Part shown: positions 1-12,605 of the stretch, in pieces | How positions within the stretch are numbered: position 1 is the stretch's first letter | How the letters are laid out: the number at the start of each line of letters is the position of its first letter | NCBI GenBank assembly: GCA_002269645.1 | Contig: NIVC01000118.1 | Location: 248,001 to 312,000 of the forward strand | Direction of reading: 5' to 3' | DNA length: 64,000 nucleotides | From: Macrostomum lignano | Taxonomy: Eukaryota | Made by a program: the position numbers and the translations under genes | Notes under the pieces: model-generated | Told to the model about the DNA's origin: nothing | The model's database searches: none | The model's input: only the letters and a program-made list of their open reading frames with translations

Positions 1-39
1 ATGGTGTATAACGAATACTACACAACATATCGGCTGTAC

Positions 40-3000
40 CTTTTTAGATATCCACTCCCTGCCGAACACATAGGCGTTGCCCATCATTGAGTCGAGCAGC
101 TTTTGCAGATTGTCCGTTTCAGGCAGCAGTCTGCGACAAAACAGAGAAAAAAATAATTAAAGAATTTGTCGGTAAACAAACTGCTTTGGAAACCCGGGTA
201 ACCAGCAGGGAGGGGGGCGGGCGTCTGAGAAATGGCGTGACGCCTAATTCTAGCAGTGCACTCTTGCGAGTAGAATTTACTCCCTCTGTCGCTCTTTCTC
301 TCTCTGTTACACATTCAAGTTCCGAACAATAGCACAAAGGTATTACCAGAACAGTCATTTACGGTGAAAAAACACGAAGAAAAATACGCCCATAAATTTT
401 ACTTGAAAACGCTAGTTTTTCTACTGACATAAGTAGAAAACATGGCGTATTATTAGACAAAGAGTAAATTTTGTACAAAAAATCAAGTATACAGTAGAGT
501 TACAATTTAATAGAACCTACGTATTCGAGGCTGTAATCACGGTGTTGTTAAGGACGCGACTCGTCATAGTAACCAGCTCAATACTCTCCCTTTGCACCTG
601 AAATGGTTTAAGTGAAAAACAACAATATACAAAAAGGAATGATGACTACACACAACACAATAATTTTATTACCAACCTGAATAGCCAGGAAAATGGTGAG
701 AAACACGGACGCGCTCAGAACCAGCAGAATAACAAAAATGCTGACAATTGCGTCTAGTGAACTGGTTAAAATGTCCGACATCTGTTAAAATAAAAAAAAT
801 AGACAGTCAAGTAATTGTCGATGGCCGGTTACCTGTGGAGCATAAGTTAATCCATCGACTCCGGACCGCCCCAGCCTAACACCTGGTAGCCTCACCCGCT
901 ATTTATTTAGCTCCATACAGACCCGTCAACTGATGCAACCTTGTGAAATTCAACGATAAAAAGATATAAAAATACGCTACTAATCTACTGATAGTAAAAA
1001 CATGGGACTTTCAGCAATTATTAAAATATTTTTTATGATGGACCCTAACGAGCATAAAAACGTTACCCATATCTGTTAGACACAAATAATACCTGCTAGA
1101 CAGGAATAATACGTGTTAGACAAGAAATATACCAGTTAGACAGGAAGTATACCTGTTAGACAGGAAGTATACCTGTTAGACAGGAAGTTTACCTGTTAGA
1201 CAGGAAGTATACCTGTTAGACAGGAAGTATACCTGTTAGACAGGAAGTATACCTGCTAGACAGGAAGTATACCTGTTAGACAGGAAGTATACCTGCTAGA
1301 CAGGAAGTATACCTGCTAGACAGGAAGTATACCTGTTAGACAGGAAGTATACCTGTTGGACAGGAAGTATACCTGTTAGACAGGAAGTATACCTGTTAGA
1401 CAGGAAGTATACCTGCTAGACAGGAAGTATACCTGTTAGACAGGAAGTATACCTGTTAGACAGGAAGTTTACCTGTTAGACAGGAAGTATACCTGTTAGA
1501 CAGGAAGTATACCTGTTAGACAGGAAGTATACCTGCTAGACAGGAAGTATACCTGTTAGACAGGAAGTATACCTGCTAGACAGGAAGTATACCTGCTAGA
1601 CAGGAAGTATACCTGTTAGACAGGAAGTATACCTGTTGGACAGGAAGTATACCTGTTAGACAGGAAGTATACCTGTTAGACAGGAAGTATACCTGCTAGA
1701 CAGGAAGTATACCTGTTAGACAGGAAGTATACCTGCTAGACAGGAAGTATACCTGCTAGACAGGAATAATACTCTACATGCAAATCTTTACTTTAAGTAG
1801 TAAAACTAGCAAAAATGTAGTTTTATCAATCCAAACGCTACCTTTCGATCGCCCCGCAGCAGCAGCTTGTAGATGCCCCTGACGGGGAACGGGGCCAGGG
1901 CTTCTCGACGGCTTTCAACCAGTTGCATCGCCTGGCTGTAGGCTGAGCTGGCCCAGCGCTTTGCCAGCTGGCTGCCTCCGATGCTGTCACCTAAGGGGAG
2001 GGGCGGACCAGTGAACTGTCTTTGAGCTGTGAAAGTCTATCCTTGTAGAGGGTAGCAGTCTATCCTTGTAGAGGGTAGCAGTCTATCTATGGAGTAGAAG
2101 TCTATCACTCTATGGGGAAGAAGTCTATCACTCTATGGGGCAGAAGTCTGTCACTCTATGGGGCAGAAGTCTGTCACTCTATGGGGCAGAAGTCTGTCAC
2201 TCTATGGGGCAGAAGTCTGTCACTCTATGGGGCAGAAGTCTGTCACTCTATGGAGTAGAAGTCTGTCACTCTATGGAGTAGAAGTCTGTCACTCTATGGG
2301 GCAGAAGTCTCAGGCAGAAATCAAAAAACATTTTCAACTTATAAGTCGCACCTAAAGTCCGCAGAGCCACAAAAGCGGCCACAAAGGGCAGCAGAGACAG
2401 GGTCCAGGGCCTTGTCCACGCGTACACCAGCGCGTGGCCCCACAGCAGCAGCACAAAGAAAGTCTTGCTGCTCCGCGACTGCTGCTGCTGGCGCCGCTGT
2501 TTCTGTCGAATCAGTCGGTCGGCATTGACGCCGCAGCTCATGGATCGGGAGACTCGGCGCCTCGCCTGCGGCAGCGGCGGCGGCGGCTGCTGCTGCTGGC
2601 GAACTGCAGGCGTCGAAGTGCCACCCGAAGGTGACGCCGCGTCCACATTGTCGTCGTTGCCGCTCGAAACAATCGGCTGAAGATTCTCGTCGGCTATTGC
2701 CGTCTCCTCGGTGGAAAGCTGCTGCTGCTGCTGTTCTTGAGGAGTTTCGTCCGGTAGGTCGACGGGGTCATCGTCGGACTCCGACTCGCCCGTTGCCGCC
2801 GATGCCGCCACTGCTGCAGCGGTTGACGGCGAGTTGTTCGACCCGACCAGGCTCAGCAGGGAGGCGAAATCGTCTGCAGAGTTGAAGGTCAAGTGACGTG
2901 CAGTTCTCAGCGATGGAGGCTGTGAGCTGACACCTGAGCAAGCTGGCACACGCTCGCACAGAGTGTACAGCGGCGATGACTGTCTCATTTCTGGCCCTCG

Positions 3001-6000
3001 TAAGGCCGGAGCGGCACGACATGTACCTCCTCTGAAACTGCCTCTGTAAATGGCGCCCCCCTCTGTAGTTGGCGCCCCCTCTGTAGCTGGCGCCCTCTGA
3101 ATCCGGCGCCCCCTCTGTAGCTGGCGCCCTCTCTGTAGTTGGCGCCCCCCTCTGTATTTGGCGCCCCCTCTGTAACTGGCGCCCCCTGTAGTGGGCACCC
3201 CCTTTGTAGTTGGCGCCTCCTCTGTATCCGGCGACCCCTCTGTAGTTGGCGCCTCCTCTGTAGCTGGCGCCCCCCTCTATAGTTGGCGCCCCCTCTGTAG
3301 TTGGCGCCCCCCCTGAATCCGGCGCCCCCCTCTGTAGTTGGTGCCCCCTCTGTATTTGGCGCCCCCTCTGTAGTTGGCCCCCTCTGTAGTTGGCACCCCC
3401 TCTGTAGTTGGCGCCCCCTCTGTAGTTGGCGCCCCTTCTGTAGCTGGCGCCCCCTCTGTAGTTGGCGCCCCCCCTCTGTAGCTGGCGCCCCCCTCTGTAG
3501 CTGACGCCCCTGAATCCGGCGCTCCTCTCTGTAGCTGGCGCCCCCCCTCTGTATTTGGCGCCCCCTCTGTAGTTGGCGCCTCCTCTGTAGCTGGCGCCCC
3601 CCTCTGTAGCTGGCGCCCCCCCCTCTGTAGTTGGCGCCCCTCTGTAGCTGGCCCCCCTCTGTAGTTGGCGCCCCCTCTGTAGCTGGCGCCCCCTCTGTAG
3701 CTGGCGCCCCCCTCTGTAGTTGGCGCCCCTCTGTAGTTGGCGCCCCTCTGTAGCTGGCGCCCCTCTGTAGCTGGCGCCCCCTCTGTAGCTGGCGCCCCCT
3801 GAATCTGGCGCCCCCCTCTGTAGTTGGCGCCCCCTCTGTAACTGGCGCACCCTGAATCTGGCGCCCCCCTCTGTAGTTGGCGCCCCCTCTGTAGCTGGCG
3901 CCCCCCTGTATCCGGCGACCCCCTGTATTTAGGGCTCCATTCTGACAATTCAAATTCATAAGATAAATAAGAAAGGATATGATGAATTTATAAGCTAAGC
4001 TCACAGTTCTGACCAGACAGCAGGGAATCTCTGATCTCCACTATGCAGCCGAGGCAGACCAGAGAGATAAAGGAAATAAACAGTGGCACACTGAATATTC
4101 CAGTGATGGAGGACACATAGAACACAACTCCAATCCAGACAGGTAGTGCCAGCAGCTTCAGCAGAAAGCTGGACTCTGGGGTCCAGTAGAATAACACCAG
4201 GGACAAATAGAGAAGGATTCCAAATAGGATCTAAAAATATTTAGAGTATTATGTCCTTTTTATAGAATTAAGAACAAAACTATTTTATAGTCTAATTCAT
4301 ATATTTGGTCAAAAATGCATATTTAAAATGGTTAAAATTAGAATTTAAAAAGGTTATACTGCAAAAAAATATAAAAGAACAATATAACTTTAATAGCTAA
4401 ATGATGGCACAAAAAGTTTTTTAATGAATCTTTCTATGGTAAGAGATCAGGAATGACTATAGTGGTTTAATGTGGCACTGTATTGCATAAGTAATCAAGG
4501 CTTAATTTAAAGGGGTCATATTATTTTTTGGCTAAATTGAAATCATGGTTGAGTCTACTTAAGGAAGTTTATAGAATTAGTTATGACTATAGTTCAAATT
4601 AAAGTGCACCAATAATATAATATGTCTTAAACTAACTCATGGTATCTAAAAAATCTAGATTGTTTTTTTATATGCTTCAATTTCAAGATGCCTTATGAAT
4701 CTCTAGGAATAAGCCTATTCCTTTAAGAGCATAAAGCATATAGAAAGTTGAAGAAAATGGTTTTTTTATTATTAAAACATTCAGTATACTGTGCTTAATA
4801 GCAGTGATGGGCACTGCTAAATTTATTTTTAGCATTGCTAATTAGCACTGTTGCTAACTAATAGAAGAAAAAATTAGTGATCGCTAATAGCGGGCACTAT
4901 TTCTACTTTGAATTTAGCGCAATTAGTGCTGCTAATTTTGAAATGCACTAATTAATAAATACATTTAATGTAAACTGCCATTTTACACATATTTATACAT
5001 TTTTGCACATTTTTAACTCACACGTTTTAAATGAATAAGCTAATAATGCTATTGCTAATAATTTGTTTTTATTATCAATTCTAATAAAAAATCCTCAAGC
5101 CACTGAACTATCAGAGCAACAGTTGATAGAAAGAGTTCCTAAATTACAATGCTATTTGCCTTGAAAATGTCAAGGGCCCTTGCCACTGGGGCCATGGCCT
5201 TCTTATACTCAAGAAGGAAAGCAAGATCATCAGCTTGAAATGGTAGTATAGGATTTATTAACCCCACTATCACCCTATCAATATAGCTTGTCACTATATT
5301 TAGTAGTAGTTTCACTAGTCCAAATACTATTTGAATAGTTTTAAAGAAAACAAAATATTCAAATTCAAATTTATTTAACTAAATGCCATCAATCTATTCT
5401 ACAACTACTAACTAAAACATGCCATTTGTTATATAAACTTAAAGTAGATAATTAATTCATTATTATTAGGACTATATCCATATTATACTTATATAATGTA
5501 TCAATATTTATTAAATAAAAAATCTATACTAAACTTGCATTAATAATTATTTTATGAGCACAAAACACTTTCTGATTGATTTAAATTTATGTGCATAAAA
5601 AGCTACATTTGACAATATTAGAAAAACATTAAAAAAGCTTAAATATAGTATTAGTAGATTTATATAAAATATTACCAAATAACTCACCCATGTAGTAGAG
5701 AAGATGCTTATGAATGCTGATAACTTAGTCCAAATTGTTATTAAAAGTTCTAAATGTGTTTGAATGGGCACTAAACTAAGAAATAGATATACACATGGAA
5801 CAACAATTATAGCAACTAGGATCTTTTTCTTGTATGCAAGAATCTTTGTATAAAAGAGGTCCAAAAGTGAATTAATAGCTGAGAATGGCAGGATAGCAGC
5901 TTCAACAAATAAAGGCTTGCTTGATTCTTGCGTCGTTTTTAACCAAATCTTTAGAAGCGATGTCAACTTTTGCTTTATTGGGTGCAGGCATGATCCAACC

Positions 6001-6197
6001 AACAGTGCCCAAAGTAGAGGCTCAATAAAAGCTTCTAAAATGAAATATACTGCAATGCATGCAAGCAAAAATATGCCCACAAATGCTAAGGCTATAGTGT
6101 TGTAAAATGCCTGTTTAAGAGCTTTGTCATCGCTGGAAGGTAGAAACCTATAGAAGTAGTTCAATGGTGAAAAGTTTTCACCAGGCTTGCTAGTCAT
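40..6197 (-). CDS. TMEM245: Transmembrane protein 245 (5' part; gene continues left of window)
   Basis: Exons read with GT-AG ends: 6197-5688 (MTSK..DKALKQAFYNTIALAFV..YFILEAFIEPLLWALLVGSCLHPIKQKL), 4230-~4005 (ILFG..ALPVWIGVVFY), ~3000-2352 (RSSKTFFVLLLWG..SLLPF; 5' boundary not resolved), 1990-1842 (RREALAPFPVRGIYKLLLRGDRK), 781-677 (LDAIVSIFVILLV..AIQ), 597-521 (VQRESIELVTMTSRVLNNT), 130-40 (LLPE..NAYVFGREWISKK). Motifs match TMEM245 as I recall it, in the right order. Confidence 0.9.
792..870 (-). ncRNA. Y RNA / sbRNA-like gene, copy 1 (intronic in TMEM245)
   Basis: Minus strand GGCGGTC-C-GGAGTCGATGG-ATTAAC..GG-CCATCGAC-AATTACTTGACTGTC-TA-T8. Lower stem GGCGGUC/GACUGUC, upper stem GUCGAUGG/CCAUCGAC, T8 terminator 792-799, TATA (ATAAATAG) at 899-906. 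Confidence 0.8.
1080..1770. repeat. 20-bp minisatellite (ACCTGTTAGACAGGAAGTAT)n, about 33 units
   Basis: Direct reading; each unit contains the hairpin CCTGT-TAG-ACAGG. Confidence 0.95.
2035..2310. repeat. 23-bp minisatellite (GGGCAGAAGTCTGTCACTCTATG)n
   Basis: Direct reading; TMEM245 intron. Confidence 0.9.
3050..3930. repeat. ~18-20-bp GC-rich minisatellite (CTCTGTAGTTGGCGCCCC)n
   Basis: Direct reading; source of the repetitive ORFs at 2768-4004. Confidence 0.95.
4802..5290 (+). mobile_element. 5' half of a non-autonomous hAT-like element (paralog of 40256-41237)
   Basis: Starts CAGTGATGGGCACT and aligns by eye with 40256-40745; no right TIR seen. Confidence 0.75.
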
Positions 6198-7082
6198 ACT
6201 AATTATAAAAAACTGTTACCCTTAAAAATAGATTTGCTAATTAAAAATTATTAACACGCAATAATCAATAAAAAATCTTGGATTTCTTTGACTCAGTATT
6301 AGCTAGCTTAGCTTCACTCACAGTCACTGGTCACAAAATATGTCTAGAAGACCGAAAAGTTTCAAAAGTTTCGTGGAAAGAGCTAAGTTTAAAATGGTGC
6401 TAAAGCAGCCTTTAGCTTAAACATAATACATTTTGCTGATCGCAAGATACACTCAGCTTACAAGCTATATAAGATGCTTGTGTGTGCCAATTCATTTTTT
6501 AAATATAAACGTTAGTTTAACACCTCAAATTTTAGGATATTTAAGCGCACTGCATGTGCCGGTTGATTTGACCAATAGCTAATTGGACTTGTGCAGTAAA
6601 CGGAATTAAGAGTATAAAAATGAAACATTCCCTACACAATTCTATACAATATGCGACAAAATGCAGAGTATCATGCTGTGCATGTTAAATTAAAAAATGG
6701 TAATCTTTGCAATTCAGACAGCAGTGCCACTGCATGCTGAATAATTGCAATCATTGAAATATGAGAAAATGATTTTTCTATCTCAGGGTGTTATTTCTAT
6801 GCATATTAGGGGAATTATTGGCCCCTACAATATTGCATGATCTTTTATTTTTACGTCACTACAGTAATGGTCCTACAGCTTGACGTGTATATCACTGTAC
6901 TTTTCGGGCTTCTCAGATTGCAGAAACTGATCGATTAGTGCTCTGGCCTGGCCTCACCGCGTGACCTGCATGTCAACAGCTCAAATTAAGTTATTTGTTT
7001 TATTTTGATTATCCTTAATAAATATGTAGCAAAATTAAATTAGAAGACAGCGAGGGACAAGCACGAATGATTTGAAAAGGTA

Positions 7083-8395
7083 AAGGGGGCCTGAACCAAA
7101 AGTTTCCGGAATTTTTTCTAATACTTTTAGTTAATTTTTGTCCATGGAAAAGCTTAAAAGCAGCAACCATCTACTATGCTGTTGACCAGCCGAATCATCA
7201 CTTCTTAAGCTTAGCATTGCTCAGTTTCCCAGGGTCTGATTAAGCTAGCAAACGCATTCAATGGAACTGCCAAAAACCGAATGAATGGCGATCAATTCTG
7301 CTCAGCCATGCACTTTCGTGCGGGACGCAATTAAGCAGCCGAGGCACATCGCAAGTTGTTGCAGCTGATGGGCCCACATGCACCCTCCAAGTCATCGCTG
7401 TACGAGTGGTTCTCTCGCTTTGCTCAGGAGAACTATGAGCTGCAGGATAAGCCGAGGTCAGGCCGATCCCCTGCGCTGCTGATGCCGCGTTCTCCAAGCA
7501 CTTGAGGACACTCCGGACTACAGCGTGCGCAAGCTGTCAGCTGCTACTGGGGCCGTGTCCTATGCCACGGTCCAGCTAGCCTGCATGCTGCGGACAAGGT
7601 GCCGAAGAAGCCAACTCTGGAGCCCCATGAGCTGACGCCTCAGCAGCTGAGAGCCAGGGGTGGATGTGGCAACTTCGAATCTTTGTCAGGCCAGTTCGAC
7701 AAACTTTCTCAAGTCGATGATCGCTCAAGACGGAGCAGTGGGTCTGCTATAAGAACCCAAGCATGCACATCAGCCGTCTGGGTCGATGCTTCTGCAGAAC
7801 CACCCAGCTGCCCAATGCGGAACCCCCACTGCGGCAAGGAGCTGCTCTCTCTCTGCACGTTCTGCTCGTCTGGCCCTGTTTTCTGGGAGGTCATCCCGCA
7901 TGGCATGGCGGTAAACGCGGAGGTGATCTGCAGCGAACTGGAGGAGGTCGCGCCCGTTTGCTGCGATCCGTGTGCCCGGGGCACCGCGACAAGGTGCTCG
8001 GCCTCCTTGACAATTCGCGGCCTCACAAAAGCAAGCAAGGACTCACCCAAGCCAAGTTGGCAAGCCTGGGCTTCAGTGTTTTTCCCCACCCACCATACTT
8101 GCCGGACCTCTCGCCATGCGACTACCATGTGTTCAGGTCCCTCCAGAGCTTTGTGATGGACAGCCGTTCGCCAACAAGCAACATGTGGAGTAGGCAGTGC
8201 AGAAATGGATAGATTCAAGGCCTGCGAACTTCTGGAGGGAGGAGATCGAGGCATTGCCAGCAAGATGGAAGAGGGTCAGAGCCTTTTGATCATGGCAACT
8301 ACAGTACATCACATCGCTGTAAACTGTTTGTTCTTGAGAATATTTGTTACAGTTTTCAATTGTTCAAATTCCGGAAACTTTTGGCTCACCCTAAA
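7083..8395 (+). mobile_element. Decayed Tc1/mariner (mariner-type) transposon
   Basis: ~30-bp imperfect TIRs (..TGAACCAAAAGTTTCCGGAATTT at 7083-7113; inverse at 8366-8395) flanked by TA; frameshifted transposase with LYEWFSRF..DKPRSGR, PHELTPQQ and DNSRPH..HPPYLPDLSPCDYHVFRSLQ; about 1.3 kb. Confidence 0.9.
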
Positions 8396-8440
8396 TAGTT
8401 AATCCAAGAAGATTGATTAGTCTATATATTGCATTCTTAG

Positions 8441-8533
8441 AAAAAAGTCGGTTGTCAAGTGTATGCATGGGGGTAAACCATGGAAGTCTAAAATTGCTTT
8501 GAACGGAGTTTAACCTATCGACTCCGGACCGCC
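8441..8533 (-). ncRNA. Y RNA / sbRNA-like gene, copy 2 (c-type; 3' strand degenerate)
   Basis: GGCGGTCCGGAGTCGATAGGTTAAAC..CCCCATGCATACACTTGACAACCGAC-T6; TATA TTAAATAG at 8560-8567; both stems carry mismatches. Confidence 0.62.
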
Positions 8534-8940
8534 TTAGGTGAATTTTGGCGACTGAAATGCTATTTAAGCTTAAACAAGCTTTGATACAATAAAAAGAATT
8601 TTACTATTAAACTGCACATGTCATGCTCCTATCATCTACTTTAAGTAGAAATACACATTTTTCATTGCAAATTATGCAGCAAACTTCAGAAAACTATAAA
8701 AACTATAAGTTAGCGAATGATTAATTCGATCTTGCATCTGATTTTCTAAAGGTCAACAATATTTTTTATCATTAATAGAAGAGTAATTACACTTGAATTA
8801 ATCACATGACATATTTTTGTACTTTTATCCAATATAAAGGAAAGACCAATTTTACTTTCACTAAAGAGAAAAATTTAGTTACTGTTGGCACATTATGTAG
8901 AAAGTGACAGAAATAATTAAAATTATTGAAAATTCTGCAT

Positions 8941-9021
8941 AAAAAATTCGGCTGTCAAGTGAGTGTCGATGGGGTATAATTCGTTTGAGTAAGTTTGTTA
9001 ACCCATCGACTCCGGACCGCC
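8941..9021 (-). ncRNA. Y RNA / sbRNA-like gene, copy 3 (a-type)
   Basis: GGCGGTCCGGAGTCGATGGGTTAAC..CCCCATCGACACTCACTTGACAGCCGAA-T6; perfect 9-bp upper stem; TATA at 9045-9052. Confidence 0.82.
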
Positions 9022-9044
9022 TAGTTGAAATTGCGACTGAACAA

Positions 9045-9139
9045 CTATTTAACCTCTTCAATGCGCATCTCAATGCAATCCGGCAAATTTCTCTCGTAAA
9101 TAATTCACACATACGCTATTAATCTACTCTCAGTAGAAA
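9045..9139 (-). promoter_or_regulatory. Representative external (type-3-like) Pol III promoter of the Y-like genes: TATA plus palindromic CTACT-N3-AGTAG element
   Basis: TTAAATAG 24-29 nt upstream of all nine starts (one variant in copy 1, one mutated in copy 8). TCTACT-N3-AGTARAA-like motif at 984, 8635, 9123, 11009, 11503, 13193, 16037 and 16478, i.e. 102-140 nt upstream of eight of nine copies. Confidence 0.7.
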
Positions 9140-9403
9140 TGATAAACTATGCCAAGCTAAAAAAATTAACTAAGGAAAGTTAAATTTACAATAGAAAAAT
9201 TTCTTTGAAAGCCTGCTGACTTTTATATTTGATAAAAATTGTTAATATAAACGAATCTATCTAAATTTCCAATTCTTGGATCATCTAATTTTTTTGTCTG
9301 ACTTTTAACAAATAATTCTTGCAGCGGGCACTTTTTAAAATACTTCTTTTTTAAAGGCCAGAAATTAAACAAAAAATTTTGAAAACTGTTTAATTTAACC
9401 GGC

Positions 9404-9477
9404 AAAAAGCTGGTCAAGTGAGTGCCAATGGGGTATTTTGAGACCAATTCAGTTAACCCATCGACTCCGGACCAGCC
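9404..9477 (-). ncRNA. Y RNA / sbRNA-like gene, copy 4 (b-type)
   Basis: GGCTGGTCCGGAGTCGATGGGTTAACTGAATTGGTCTCAAAATACCCCATTGGCACTCACTTGACCAGC-T5. Begins GGCUGGUCCG like human Y1 and ends CACUUGAC; perfect GCUGGUC/GACCAGC stem; TATA at 9501-9508. Confidence 0.85.
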
Positions 9478-9568
9478 CAACAGTTGGGGTGTCCGACTGC
9501 CTATTTAAGCCTGAACAATGCTGCAAGCTAAGCCTAATTCTCTGCGCTGTATGCTTTTGTGGTGAAGA

Positions 9569-10750
9569 CGGTCTCTGACTGTTTTTACCCTGGCTGCCTC
9601 TCTGGCGGCATTTCTCGGGTTGTGCGCAATCCAATCTCGGGTTGTGCGCTCTCGCTAGCCCAATTTTCTAAGGGTCCGCCCCGGGGGCTGTGCCTATTCT
9701 AAAATTACCCTATTGATTTCATTCCAATCAATTTGGCCCTCGGCCTTGGGTTAGGGGGTGTACCTGGAGTGAGTTGGAGATCTGGACTGCAGTGTGGCTA
9801 GAACGGGACTTGAGCCCCCCGGTCGCACCCGCCCTGCAGGAAAGACGACCATTCACAAAGGTGTACGGTAGAGCCCAGTCGATGCCAGCCCTGAGGCTGG
9901 CCCCGGGTTAGGGTTCAGGTGCTCCTCCCATTCTGCCATTTCTTTGTGTTTTTATCTGGGCTGGCATCCCAGTGTTTTTGTTCCTTTGTGTTTTACCCGG
10001 CCATTAGTTTGCCATTCCAATTCTTGGAGTTATGAGCTCTGCCCTACCTGCCCGGTCCATCTTTCTTGCCTGCCTTGGTCCATCTGCTGGCTCCTCTGGT
10101 TGTCTCCCTGCCTATTGTGTCTCGGCTCTCATCTCTGACAGTGGATTGGAGTCCTGGGTTGGATGTTCGTCCCGAATCGGGGAAAACCGGCTGAGTCCGG
10201 TTTCCTCTTGCCCCTTGTGCCCCTCAGCTCCGCCCCCTTGGCCTGGCCTCCAATATACATGTAGAGCTGGATAGGTGATACCCTTGTGGCTTGCAGCCCT
10301 GTAGGTAGTCGCTATATCCTGCCTGATAGGAGACTCGCCCTCGGAAACAAGCCTTCCAGACTCACTCCAATATTAAGCCATTTCCGAGACTTCGGGGTTT
10401 CCCCGCTCTCGGACCGCTTCTCAGTAGTAACCCAAGCATTTTTCATTCCAATTCTTTTTTGGCGCACTCCTGGGATTTGTCTGCTGGGTGGTGGCCTGGG
10501 TGGACTCGGTCCTTGCACGGTCCCATATGATTCCACAAATATTGGGTTGGCGGTGTCTTAGTCCATAAGGCTTGGGTTAGTAGCTCCAATGCTCCATGCT
10601 CTCCCCAGAGTCCTGAGCTCTGGTTCCAATAGTGGCCTCTCGGGCTTAAAGCCCCTGGTAGTATAACCCACAGCAAGATCCATGCGGCAGATCGAGCCCC
10701 CCTAGGGCTGATCCGCGGGCAGCGCTTCTCCTCCGTTTTAACAACAACAA
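9569..10750. mobile_element. Unclassified interspersed repeat insertion ending in (AAC)3; 3' part homologous to 16600-17010
   Basis: Interrupts the upstream region of Y copy 4 at 9568; 10290-10750 aligns by eye with 16600-17010; no protein domain recognised. Confidence 0.55.
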
Positions 10751-10826
10751 AGAGAAAAATTTAGTTACTGTAGGCATATTATGTAGAAAGTGACAGAAAT
10801 AATTAAAATTAATGAAAATTCTGCAT

Positions 10827-10907
10827 AAAAAATTCGGCTGTCAAGTGAGTGTCGATGGGGTATAATTCGTTTGAGTAAGTTTGTTAACCCATCGACTCCG
10901 GACCGCC
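10827..10907 (-). ncRNA. Y RNA / sbRNA-like gene, copy 5 (a-type, same as copy 3)
   Basis: Same sequence as 8941-9021; TATA at 10931-10938. Confidence 0.82.
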
Positions 10908-11290
10908 TAGTTGAAATTGCGACTGAACAACTATTTAACCTCTTCAATGCGCATCTCAATGCAATCCGGCAAATTTCTCTCGTAAATAATTCACACATAC
11001 GCTATTAATCTACTCTCAGTAGAAATGATAAACTATGCCAAGCTAAAAAAATTAACTAATGAAAGTTAAATTTACAATAGAAAAATTTCTTTGAAAGCCT
11101 GCTGACTTTTATCTTTGATAAAAATTGTTAATATAAACGAATCTATCTAAATTTCCAATTCTTGGATCATCTAATTTTTTTGTCTGACTTTTAACAAATA
11201 ATTCTTGCAGCGGGCACTTTTTAAAATACTTCCTTTTCTAAAGGCCAGAAATTAAACAAAAAAAATTGAAAACTGTTTAATTTAACCGGC

Positions 11291-11364
11291 AAAAAGCTGG
11301 TCAAGTGAGTGCCAATGGGGTATTTTGAGACCAATTCAGTTAACCCATCGACTCCGGACCAGCC
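11291..11364 (-). ncRNA. Y RNA / sbRNA-like gene, copy 6 (b-type, same as copy 4)
   Basis: Same sequence as 9404-9477; TATA at 11388-11395; distal element at 11503. Confidence 0.85.
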
Positions 11365-11875
11365 CAACAGTTGGGGTGTCCGACTGCCTATTTAAGCCTG
11401 AACAATGCTGCATCGAAGTCTAAGCCTAATTCTCTGTGCTGTATGCTTCTGTGGTGAAATTCATAGTGCAAACTCAATGAAATTAGAGTAGCACGCATTT
11501 CGTCTACTATAAGTAAAAAAATAAAAATGTCACTTGAATTTTTTGCGTTGGTGCAATAAAATTCTTTATCTGATTCGCTCGTGATTCGCATTTGCAATTG
11601 TTCACTTACTGGTAAGTTTGGCACTTGTTATAAATTGTTTGCTTTCTGTTTTCTGACTAACCAGCATACCGTAACCGCAGGTTTTACTGCTCGTACTACG
11701 CTCGTATTAATAAGCTGCGTATTAATAAGGGGCCACTGCAAGCGGTACCAATAAGTATTTAAACATTTACTTACAATTTTATGCTTCCGGCACTAATAAT
11801 TAATTATACGAATCGTAAATATTATTACTGATACATGTACGATTAAATGAAATAAAGTACGATTAATAGTTCATT

Positions 11876-12052
11876 AATACCCATGCTTTAAGGGCGTTAA
11901 TGGGAAAATCAGAGGGTGCCTCTGAACCGCCGCCGCCGCCGCCGCCGCCGCCACCTCCGCTGACAAGCGATCAGAACGAATTTGACAACGCTAGACAGCC
12001 TGCAAACGGCGCCCTCTGATTTTCCTATTAACGCCCTTAAAGCAAGGGTATT
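11876..12052. mobile_element. Small MITE-like inverted repeat (45-bp arms, (GCC)n in the spacer)
   Basis: 11876-11920 is the reverse complement of 12008-12052 with 3 mismatches. Confidence 0.6.
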
Positions 12053-12605
12053 ACTATTATTGCGCCATAGACATTTGTGTCCTTGACAAAGTGGGACAGA
12101 ATAATCGGGCGTTAAATGTCATTAACTGCCCACTAATTTGCATTATAGTAAGTTTGACATAGACAATCGGGCGTTAAATGTCATTGTACCATGACCTTTG
12201 TGCCCGCTGGGCACTTATTCTTGCCTTTTAATGCCATAGACTACATTTAAGCCCGCTTGCAGGAGTCAAACTTACTTTAATGCAAATTAGCGGGCAGTTA
12301 ATGTACTATTAACTGCCCACTAATTTCGATATTTCTTTCCTGCAAGCGGGAGTAGCAGACGAGACCGAGACGCTGCCGGGGATGCAATCTTGCTTACCCG
12401 CTGCCAGCAGTTTTTGTACCTCGGCGGCCTCGTGCCGGACGTCGCCGACTATCTGGTGAGACGACGCGGGGACTGGCCTGGGCCGCGTTTCGTTCTGTGC
12501 GCTCCGTGCTCCATTCTGAAGCCCTGGATGATGGGCTCAGGGCACGGCTGTTTCAGGCAGTCGTTGAGACTGTCTTGTTGTACAACGCCAAGACCAACCC
12601 TAATA

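Larger units (their letters stand above)
10751..11458. repeat. Near-identical duplicate of 8865-9568 (two-gene Y cassette)
   Basis: Direct comparison shows only a few substitutions and indels over about 700 bp. Confidence 0.92.

Noticed and set aside
420-440. TCTACT-N6-AGTAGAAA resembling the Y promoter element.
   Set aside because: Spacer is 6 rather than 3 nt, and there is no TATA or Y-like body at the expected distance.
2768-4004. Long ORFs in minisatellites (also 26895-27590, 29602-30749, 46349-47336, 48926-49767, 51236-52972, 55083-56959, 59259-59834).
   Set aside because: They are translations of tandem repeats that lack stop codons, lie in introns or intergenic DNA and are often open in several frames.
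9567-9583. AAGACGGTCTCTGACTG resembles the 5' half of the Macrostomum spliced leader as I remember it and sits at the insertion junction.
   Set aside because: The reference is from memory only; the 3' half ending in ATG and any donor or Sm site are missing, so neither an SL RNA gene nor a retrocopy is supported.
10540-10700. Possible HDV-like ribozyme in the (AAC)n-ended repeat.
   Set aside because: I could not map P1, P3/L3 and J4/2 on either strand.
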